NCBI GenBank assembly: GCA_964016885.1 | Contig: OZ024740.1 | Span: 280,860,001-280,924,000 of the forward strand | Direction of reading: 5' to 3' | Source: Eledone cirrhosa | Taxonomy: Eukaryota | DNA length: 64,000 nt | In this document: positions 53,869-64,000 of the stretch, piece after piece | How positions within the stretch are numbered: the first letter of the stretch is position 1 | How the letters are laid out: every line of letters begins with the position of its first letter | Notes under the pieces: model-generated | Told to the model about the DNA's origin: nothing | The model's input: only the letters and a program-made list of their open reading frames with translations | Database searches by the model: none | Position numbers and translations under genes: made by a program

Positions 53869-56771
53869 TTCACTGAAAGTTAGTTTACAAAACAACAAAT
53901 GTTATATTGGTCAAATCTCAATTTGACGATGTAAATTGGAAAAATTGGGTCAACCGCAACCCTATACACACGCAAGTAAGTTCAGTTCAATGTTCTGCTA
54001 TACGTGTATAGATTGAATTGTAACATCCGTATCTCCAAATAGTGTATGTTATGGTATATACACATCCGTATCATCCAAAAAAGTGTATGTTTTGGCACAT
54101 ACACATCCATGTGAAGAGCAAGTAGTCAGCTCATATCGAACTCAGTATGTGCCGTTGTCCCATTGAGAATCTGAATCCCCAAATCTGTGTGTGCAAGCAA
54201 CCGCTATGTAGGCCACCAAGGGGCTCTGTATATGGTTGAGTATTTGGGTTATGGTGTCAGTATGTGCGATTTCAGTCATATGGGCCCTTGGGCTTTTAAG
54301 ATAGGTGTTTGAGTGGTGGAGGTGTGTTATCCAACACAAAAATAAAAATAAAATAAAATAAAATAAAATAACAAAGAATAGCAAAACCCAGAGGATGTGT
54401 GCAGGCGCATTAATGGTGTGTAAGTATTATTGTCCAATCTGTAACCGTGAGCACTCCATGGTTAGATGATCACGGATCAAAACCCAGTGTAGTGTTCAAT
54501 TGATAGGAACGTGACCAGTCATAACTGTGGGAACTCAGTGTCTAAAGAAACCGGGTACTGTGTGTAGAGTTATGTATAGAGAGCGTAATCGGTCTTAATT
54601 GAGTGCGTAATACGTCTATCTATATCTTAACCGAGAGAACTCAATGGTTAGGGTATCCTAAAGTAATGGTGAATGCGCGTAATCTATCTTACCTGAGTGT
54701 GTAATCATTCTAACTATTTACTAACTAGGTATTCTAAAGTGCACTCAGCTGTGAGAACTCTGTGGAAACAGGCCGAGTACCGTTTGTAAGTGCGCAAACG
54801 ATCTTAGCTGTCTAACTACCTGAGTGTGTGATTGTCTGTTTTTTGCTAATTGAGAGAACTCTATGGCTAAATTAGATAGGGAGGAGTTAGTGGTAGGTTA
54901 CTTTCCAAAAATCCTGCGGAAGGTTTTCGAGGTTCTATGTTGGCAGTTGCTGAAAAAATCCGCTCTCCTATTGATTAATAGGGGGCCGCCTCTAATAATA
55001 TTAAAGGTTTCAGCTATACATAAATTACAGACGCCCGTGCTGCCGTTATATGGCATTATTCTCCTATCTAGGAAAACCTTAATTGAGTTCAAAGGTGACT
55101 TGTGGACCAGGAAAGATTGGTGGGACAATTTCGATATCACCATGGGATCCACGGACTCGGCCCAGGTGACGGATCTGGTTGGTCTTTACTTCCTCGACTG
55201 TCTCGGAGTGGAAATGCCCCACTTGGGAGGTGGAGCTTACCGTGACGACGTTTTGTTTACTGTGTCGTTCCATAATAATAGTATAGTAGAGAGGGTGAGG
55301 AAAAAACTTAGTAAATTCTTCAACAATATACACCTAAGTATAATGTTTGAAGAAAACCTGAAGATAGTTAATTTTCTAGATGTTACACTTAACCTCAATT
55401 CAGGACTCTTCCAACCCTACCAGAAACCCAACGAGAATTTAAATTATGTCAACGCAAAATCGAACGACCCTAGAATAGTCACTAACGGTGTTACCAAAAG
55501 CGTCTCTAGTAGAATTTCAGGACTATCTTCCAATGAAGATACATTCGATAGGATCTCAAATTACTACAATAGCGCCCTGGAACGCGCGGGGCATAGCGAG
55601 GGAATCTCATTCAAACGTCCATTAAATAGTAGTACCAACATTGCCTGCGATAGCTTAGGCCAAAATAGTGACACTTTAGTTAACAGCAGGCGGGTTGCGA
55701 GGGAGGATCAATATAGACTTCATGTTGATTTGCCCCCTAGTCCCAATGTTGATGGTACCAATGGAAACAATCACCCAGGTATAAACACGGGGTCTGAGCA
55801 CCGTAATGCCAGCGGAAACTCTAATCGTAACCTCAATTGTAGAACTGATAAAAAATCGTTGAACGTAAAATGGACCGGGGGTCGGGTAGAGGGAATAGGG
55901 CATAGTGGATATAACCCCGGCTATCGTGGGTAATCCCAATAGCTGCATGGGGGTACACCGCCCCGGAGACGACTTGGAACGATTCAAAACACAATCGGGA
56001 CACCCCAGGAGACCATCGACCCAGGGGCAGTTTTCAGTAATAATAGACCAGTAGCAACTAAGGAGACAGGTAACTCTAGTATAGATAGTAAGAACAAGAG
56101 GCACCGGACCAGAAAAATCCTGTGGTATAAACCCCCGTACTCCACCGGCCTAAATCACTAGTATAGCTAAGCTTTTATTTAGGGCCTTAGACAAATGCTT
56201 CCCTAGATCACACAGATACTATAAAATATTCAATAGAAATACCATCAAGCTGTCCTACTCCACAACCAGTAACATAGCTCAGAATATAGCTAAGATGAAT
56301 TATAGTAGACTTAGGACAGCCTAAGGGGGGATGAGACATGGCAGAACTAATGGAAGCTCTATGGATGAACGGACTCATACACGTAAGGCGAGTCGGGTTA
56401 CCCCAACCCCTTGGAACTTACCCATAGAGTAGTCAAAGAACTGAGACCCGACCCCAGAGGTACCGTGGTTTCTATGGAACTACCCTGGTCAATAACAGAA
56501 AATGTAATTGCAGGAACACCGCCACTTGCCCCATGGCTGGGAAATGCCTCACCAAAAACATAGTCTACGACTGTAAGGTCTCCACTTTAGATAGAGCCTT
56601 CAGGTATGTTGGGGCAACTGCCACTGAATTTAAGGATAGATGGTATAATCACTGCCATACCTTTAATAGATTGGATAAAAAAAAAATAGCACGGCGCTTT
56701 CTGAATTAGTCTGGAAGCTTAAACAACAATATATATATATATATATTTGTGTGCGTATATATATATATATT

Positions 56772-56879
<108 letters not shown>

Positions 56880-57769
56880 CATACATATATATATGTGTGT
56901 ATGTGTGTCTGTGACCAGTGTGTATAGGTCATAGACACCCACATATATGTATACACACACGCACACACACACACATATACACACCCACCCACATATGTAT
57001 AGGCCTTCCATCTTAATTGTACATTATATACATGTCTGTGAATATTTTAATTATTTAAAATCATTTTTAAATTAACGTGACCCAACGTGTCACAGGTGGT
57101 CTAGCACATATATTTAATTAGTGCGGCTGTAACTTCGATTATACCCATTATTTCTTTTCCCTAGTTCTTATAACTAATTATCTAGTTGATTGTTTGCAAA
57201 GCTAGTTGAGAGCTTATTTCGAGGCTTTCAATAAATCCTTTGTTCACACTTTGAATTTACTTGCCAAAAGTTCGGTTTACTGACCTTCCTCTTCTTGAAA
57301 AAGATCTCTTGATCACGCTGCCAAATTTACTGCTATAGCAGACTGTCATCGTTTCTTCTAGCAATCGAACGAGTCGGATACACCGGAACAAAAAACCTGC
57401 CGACGCAGGGATATTCCTATTCCATCAAAATATGCATCAATGACGTGCATATACATTATGCAACTTTGGATGTATCTCCCCGATTTCCCAGAAACCTATC
57501 AAAGACATTTTTTGATTTTTATCGCTTCATGCCCTTTCGAGATGGTCCAGGTTAGCGTTTGACCAGTTTGTATATATCGTTGTTGTTGCATTAACTTGGC
57601 AACATGCTGTTGGCCGTCTTATCCTTGATGTCACACTTCCTTAACCTTCTGCAGTCACTCTGGATGAAAATGTATAAATTTCTCACCTAATGGAGTGCTC
57701 TCGTGACTAACTATAGCAATTCAATGAGCATCTGCTAGAGTGCGGCTGCAACTTCGATTAGACCCATTA

Positions 57770-59640
57770 TGCATACCAGATAGAGACAGAAGCAACGACA
57801 GCTACACTACCCACACCTATAGAAATAAAAGAAATATAGGACTAAACATAGAATTAGACAACGAGCAAAACAAATAACTGAACCGAACACTAATATAAGG
57901 ATCCCTAGGAACTATAGAAGATCCAGAGATAGGAAATAATTATGGTTCAATCGAATATTCAACTCCTCTATAAAAACCAAACTACATTCTACATTCTTTA
58001 AGCTAATCGACAAACACTTAACTAAAATACACAAATACCATAGAATCTTTAATAGAAAAGCTATCAAACTATCTTACTCTACGACAGCCAACATAGAATC
58101 AAACATACATAAAATCAACCACAAAAATATCTCTAAAGAAAATAACCTACCAACATACACCAAAGCACCAAATACAAAACCCAAACGCATTAAAACATCG
58201 CAACCAGACATACATCAGGGCGCATCACAACAAAACATTAATTGGCCTAAATCTCAACCCACCCATAACAACATACAAAACCGCAATGGAGAACCTGCAC
58301 ACAGAAAAGCCTCCAACTGTAACTGCCACCTACTGGATAAGTACCCACTACAAAATAGATATCTGGGTTCAAGTATGGTGTACCTGTGTACTATAAGTTC
58401 AGGCAAATTTACTTGGCACTACATAGGTTCCACGACTGGGGGGGGGGTAAAAAAAAGATGGTACGTTCACAGACACTCTATGAAGAACGATAGACTGGAG
58501 AACTCTACAACGCTCGCCAATAAAATCTGGCACCTTAAAAACACAAACCAGGAATATAGGATTAGCTGCTCAAAATTATCGTGAGCAAGGGCCTACAACA
58601 ATGGAATGTCGCACTGTAGACTTTGCAATATGGAGCTATTCCATATTTTAAGGTACGATAAGATGCTGCTTAACAGCAAAATGTAGGCACAAAATAGCTA
58701 CCAAGTTCACAAATTTCAACCACCGTGATTCGACCCAGAAATCCCAAAATTAGAACTGAACCACCTGGATTTTAACGTACGGAATACATACCATCACACC
58801 ACTATTAGCTGTCAAGCTGCCGACTGGACACTAGATCATAAATCTCTTAACATCTCTTTCACCCTCTCTCCCTGAAACCACATCAACCCCATTAAGACAA
58901 GACGATCAGAAAACATTTACCACACACACTTGTCAAAAACACCCCTTCACCAGCTACCCTTAGCCCTTGGGTCTCATACTAGTATCTCCCACTTAATTTC
59001 TAATTTATTGCTTTTTCTTTTATCTGTCATTTGTTACTACATCAGATTCTCTACACGTATCTATGTATCTTTCGAATATAGCTTTTCATGTTAGCACTAC
59101 ATCCACCACAGCATCCTTACACAGACACTTACGCACCACAACCACTATCATATTCTGTACTTACATGCTCTCACTTATCTTTATTTCTTTATATTTTTTT
59201 TATTTTTCCATTCTCTTACTTTTTTATTGTATCTTTTTTCTTACTTTCTACTTTTTACATCTGTAACTTCTTAACCTATTTATCATATATTTTATTATTG
59301 CTGTTATTGTTTTGATTCTACGCTATTTCTATATATATATATCATGCCATGTATGAATTATTTGTATTCTGAGGATTTTATCAGAGGTAAATAATGTAAT
59401 GGTGATCGAGTGACGCAACTTCGAGCGATTAGCGACTCACCTGATCAAGGAAACAATTGTTAATACCTGAAATAAAGCCCCTTGTTGTACAGCCAACCAT
59501 GTTACTCTTCAATCTTTCATTATTATTACTCCAAGTATAACCTGCATAGGAACTCTCGCGAACTCGCTGCCTAACTATGGAAACATCTTGTTGAATCAAA
59601 CAAAGCCGTACGTTTAAACTATCCACGACACAAAATACTC
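57770..59640 (+). mobile_element. Decayed Hydra-like PLE 3' part
   Basis: IWFNRIFNSSIKT..FFKLIDKH..HKYHRIFNRKAIKLSYST; NCNC; VYLCTI..YIGSTT..KKRWYVH; CRLC. Confidence 0.82.
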
Positions 59641-59789
59641 ACAACCTCTAACTGGATTACCTATAACGATAACTTGTTATCCTATATATATATATATATA
59701 TATATAAGCAAAATGTATATTTAACAACAAAAACTTGAACCGTCAAGATCTCGTTCCTGGATATGTCAATATTTATAAAACAAACTTTG

Positions 59790-59850
59790 TATTTTATCTG
59801 ATGAGAACGTACCAAAGTTTTGGTACCCTTGAAATATATATAATAGAATA
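59790..59850 (+). ncRNA. Minimal type I hammerhead ribozyme
   Basis: tattttat CTGATGA ..gtacc aaagtttt ggtac.. GAAA tatata TA atagaata (8-bp stem I). Confidence 0.82.
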
Positions 59851-59934
59851 AATATGGTTTTATAAATATATTTTCTATTTATTAATATCATTGGTTTATA
59901 ATATATATATATAAATATATATATTTATATATAC

Positions 59935-62712
59935 GATATTAAATAAATGGAAACTATATTTATAAAACCATATTTATTTCATTATACATATTTCAGGGAT
60001 ACCAAATTAAAATATGGTATGCCTTCATCAGAAAAAATACAATATATAAACAGTTTTATAAATAATTTTGACATACTCTATTAGATGCGACCATTATTTT
60101 TGGAAGCTGTCTGGATAGTGAGATGTTTATAATTATAGTGTTAAGCACAGTTAGAAAAAAGACGGAGAGAAAGAAAAAAACGGAGAGAGAGAAGGAGGGA
60201 GAGAAAAGGAAGATATATATAAAAATAGATAGGAGGAAATGAAAAAGAAAGAAAAAAGAAAGAAATAAGAAAGGCAAAAGAAAGCAACAGAGAGATAATA
60301 ATTCATCATACAGATAGAGAAACTCAAGAGAGAAGAAGTACTATATAGAGAGAGGAGGATATTGTGACAACTTTACGTCATGTCATATTAAGTTGAATTA
60401 ACCATTCATATGAAATGAATAATAAAAATGTAAATATCAATATTCATGAATGAGACATAGATATATAATATGAGAAAATAACATTGTTCAATAATGACCA
60501 TATGTTTAGTTTACAACCTTGAGGTCAATATACCAAAATCTGAGTTAAAACCTTCAAAAATTACCCTATTTATAAAAATACGGATACATATATGTATTTA
60601 TATATACACGCATATGTACGTTCTGAAAAAAGAGAAAATTATGTCTACTCCAGTCAATAATATAGACATACAAATGATTTCACTTGATCCCTTCTATACA
60701 TTTCTTGTGTTATAAAAAATTCTCAGTATATATACATAAAAGTACGATTAATATTCATGTCCTCACATACATGATTACCGTTCATGTATTTAATATTATG
60801 CATATCTGCACCACACATCAACATATACACACACAGCCATACATACACATATATATGTATAAATAAATATCTGCGTGAGTTTTCCAGCATCGTTATGCAC
60901 ATATACAGACATATATACGAACACATAAATAAACTCTATAAACCTTCTATATGCATGTTAATACACACAAATGGCCTTTGTATAGAGATAATCAAATATC
61001 AATATATTAACACAGAAATATCAAAGCATTAAATATCTTTAAAACACTATAGAGTATCTCAAGTTAAAACAATATGTTTTATATATTTATTATAGAAATC
61101 TATTCTACTTATATCTCAAACAAGATATTGCAAGGGTAGACATATGAAAGTTATTAGAAGCTATCAGAGTAAAAAAAAAACAAATAAAAAAAAATAATAA
61201 TTTAAAAGATTTAGAAGACCCAGTGATTCTACTGGTGTCCTTATATTTAGTATAGAAATTTATCTTACGTAAATTTTATTTAATACATTGGGAGCATATA
61301 CATTTTAGAGTAGTTTATTATATCCTTGTTTATATTTAGGAAGAAAATTTAAAAAGAAAAAAGAAAAAGGTGAAGGAATCCAATGATTTATCGTCAGGTT
61401 TCATATATTAACTAAATTTCTTAAATTAATTATACTACATTTTAAATTTATATTTATATTTAAACGTTGAGTTCAATCTATGTCTGCAGCAACTGAATAA
61501 ATTGCTCCTTAAATTAAGGGAATTTTTGGACTTTAATATAAAGAATATTTCCTCTACACAAAGATCGCAATTCTCTGATGAGGAATTAAAAGGAATACCT
61601 TTTGAGACAATATTCCAAATCATCGAATATTTAACATTATCTCGTTTAAGGTGCCAGAGTAGGCTAGATAGCGAAGTTGAGGATTTTTTGTTTGGATCTG
61701 TGAAAGAATTCTTATGATTATTGAAGCGAAGTTTAAATTCTGTCTAGGTGGAACCAACATAGTTAAAAGAATTTAAATTACTTTTAACATTACAATTATA
61801 CACTACATTTTTAGCTAAGCAGTTGTTATTTAACGGACAGTTAGATTTATTTCTACAGTTACAGTTATTTAATTGAATATTGTTTGGGTTATTATTGGTA
61901 TTTTGGTTAGGTTTTAAATTCCTATTATTAATTCTGTTAATATTTTGTGCTAAATTTTTGGTGGACGAGTAAGTTAATTTTATAGTGTGTCTATTAAAAA
62001 TTGAGTGATATTTATGTGTTCTAGGGAAGCGTTTGTCAAGAGCATTAAAGAATAGTTTAGCAATATGGGTTTTAATATTTAGTGAGAAAGGGGGCGGCAA
62101 ACCATAATATATTTCTAGTTCTATTTCTTTTTCGGCTTTTGGAATTATTGTAATGTTTTCTATTATAGTTGTTAAGGTTGTTACCGTAATTAAAATTGTT
62201 ATTATTTTAGTTAGTTTGCTTATTATTATCGATGTACTTAATTTTATCTCTATATCCTGCTCTAGCTAACGCTTCATTGTAATACTGCGCTTTTTCATCT
62301 AAAATATTTTTATTAGATGAAATTCTTGAAATTCGTTCTTGAACAGAGTTCACTATAGTATTTTTAACAGATCTGGGGTGATTAGAGTTAAAATTGACAT
62401 AATTCAAGTTCTCATTTAGTTTGTGAAATGGATAGTGAAGACATGTGTTGAGATTTAGTGTTAGATCCAGAAAATTGACTATTCTATGGTTATTCTCTAT
62501 TTCTATTTTTAGAGTAAGGTAATTAAAAAATTGTATAATTTGTTTTCTTTTTCTATTTAGTTCACAGCTATTATTTTCAATAAGTAAAAGCATGTCATCA
62601 CGATATAATCCTCCGGTTACACCTGGTATTTTTCTATGTAGCGAATTAATTATAAATAGGCCCACAAGGTCCGTTACCTGAGCTGAGTCAGATGATCCCA
62701 TAGTTATGTCTG
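59935..62712 (-). mobile_element. Hydra-like Penelope element, 5'-truncated
   Basis: DITMGSSDSAQVTD; GLYRDD; PPFSLNIKT; CNCRNKSNCPL..NVVY..YVGST; CDLC.EE..LN.RS..CRH. Confidence 0.92.
59975..60039 (-). ncRNA. Minimal type I hammerhead ribozyme in the pLTR of the 59935-62712 PLE
   Basis: RC CTGATGA agg c atacca..tggtat c cct GAAA tatgta TA. Confidence 0.78.
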
Positions 62713-62883
62713 TAGTGACTCTTGCATCGCAAATAATGTTTCCGTACATCTTCTCATTCCCCACATCACCCCCCACCTCAATATTTAAAGCAATCAAACG
62801 TAACGATACTTCATTTATCAGTAAGAACCTCAACTGTGAAGTTGACTATGACCACTACCAACGACAAACACGACTACCACCAT

Positions 62884-62885
<2 letters not shown>

Positions 62886-62965
<80 letters not shown>
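62886..62965. repeat. (CTA)n microsatellite
   Basis: Pure trinucleotide tract. Confidence 0.98.
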
Positions 62966-62966
<1 letters not shown>

Positions 62967-63199
62967 TATATTTTTTTCCCTCTCCATCATAATCTAACAA
63001 TATCTGTGGAATGGAGAAGCCAAGAAAAATGTTTTTCACCACAGGAGCATATATTGATACATACAGCTCACCAACATTTTAACGAATACTTCTTCATCAC
63101 TAAATCCATGACGTAATCTATGCTAACATTTTATACATATTTATACATGAACTGATTTTACGATGAAGCCTTTAATATGAATTCTCGCGAGATTAATTA

Positions 63200-63518
63200 T
63201 CTATATATATAAAACAAAGAATGGCTGTGTATCTGTTTCCCTAACACTCGAGAACTCCCTAACCGTTTTTTTCAAACTTTATACATGTAATACTTATGGT
63301 CCAATTGAGTGTTCTGAGCAAATAACATTTCAAATATTCAATGGCCTAGGGACCTCATTAGGCGATTTAGCGATCTCTTTCTCTTTCTCTTAGTCTTTCT
63401 CTTTTTAGAGAGATACATAGGTATACGTCGCGCCTTCATAATATCTGTCTGCATGCCTGGCTGTCTGCATTACGGCATTATGACGCGATCAGTGTGTGTG
63501 TGTATATGTATATATATA

Positions 63519-63562
<44 letters not shown>

Positions 63563-63887
63563 TTATGCCAGGGAACGTCTTTACGAACCAAAGTATCGTC
63601 TTCCCGTTTTATTTCGGTTGCAACGTTTTTCGAAATATTTACATCTGCGTTCACAGATTGATTTTTTTTACTTTCAGAAGATCCCGTTAAGGTTGAAAGC
63701 AGCGATTCTTTGCTTAAACATTAATATGTTATTTTAATATAGATATTCGTGTACAGATATTTTTGCATACACAATAACAAAATATAAACAAAGGTATTTA
63801 TTTCACGAGGCTCGATAAGGATAAACATATATCAAATATATAAGAACCCTAGAGCAAAAACCGAGCAACGTCGGGCCATTCTGCTAG
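63200..63887 (+). mobile_element. Non-autonomous Helitron with nested (TA)n and pLTR relic
   Basis: 5' A|TCtatatatataaaa; 3' hairpin ccgagcaacgtcgg followed by CTAG|T. Confidence 0.75.
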
Positions 63888-64000
63888 TTATTTATAAAGT
63901 GGGTGGCTTTTGAGAAATGTTTCATTTTTTTTTTACTTTTGTTTAATCATATATATACTACAAGGCTTAAAATATAAACAGCGATGTCTTAATTTGTTTT

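Larger units (their letters stand above)
53055..56727 (-). mobile_element. Hydra-like Penelope element with internal inversion (3' part on minus 53055-55058; RT to EN N-half on plus 55059-56727)
   Basis: Plus: TMGSTDSAQVTD, AYRDD, VNFLDVTL, WYKPPYS, CNCRNTATCP, YVGATATEFKDRW; minus: YNGSTGVCNLC..LLINRR..CQH followed by tail and HHR. Confidence 0.88.

Noticed and set aside
54863-55933. 356-aa ORF as a novel protein
   Set aside because: Chimera of the antisense EN segment and the PLE RT across an inversion junction

Overview
AT-rich, microsatellite-dense animal genomic DNA. The SINE and LINE content resembles Octopus/cephalopod repeats, but that is inferred. No host gene is clearly identifiable; there are two or three weak exon candidates. 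The window is dominated by (TA)n-associated Penelope-like retroelements (PLEs) of two types: Neptune/Nematis-like (RYVDD RT + Cys linker + GIY-YIG) and Hydra-like (YRDD RT + CxCx5C linker + GIY-YIG). It also holds RTE LINE fragments, RLE-type non-LTR relics, tRNA-derived SINEs with TSDs, a hAT MITE and a non-autonomous Helitron. The main hidden signal is about 26 hand-folded type I hammerhead ribozyme (HHR) motifs from more than 10 sequence families, in PLE pseudo-LTRs and in non-coding, tandem or inverted, retrozyme-like elements. Highlights: a ~424-bp circularly permuted family with stem I covariation; a 486-nt double-HHR unit; U3-A8 core variants; HHRs with large stem II insertions; and a PLE-style tandem/inverted element carrying a tRNA cloverleaf instead of an HHR. 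All folds were read by eye and none was computed.
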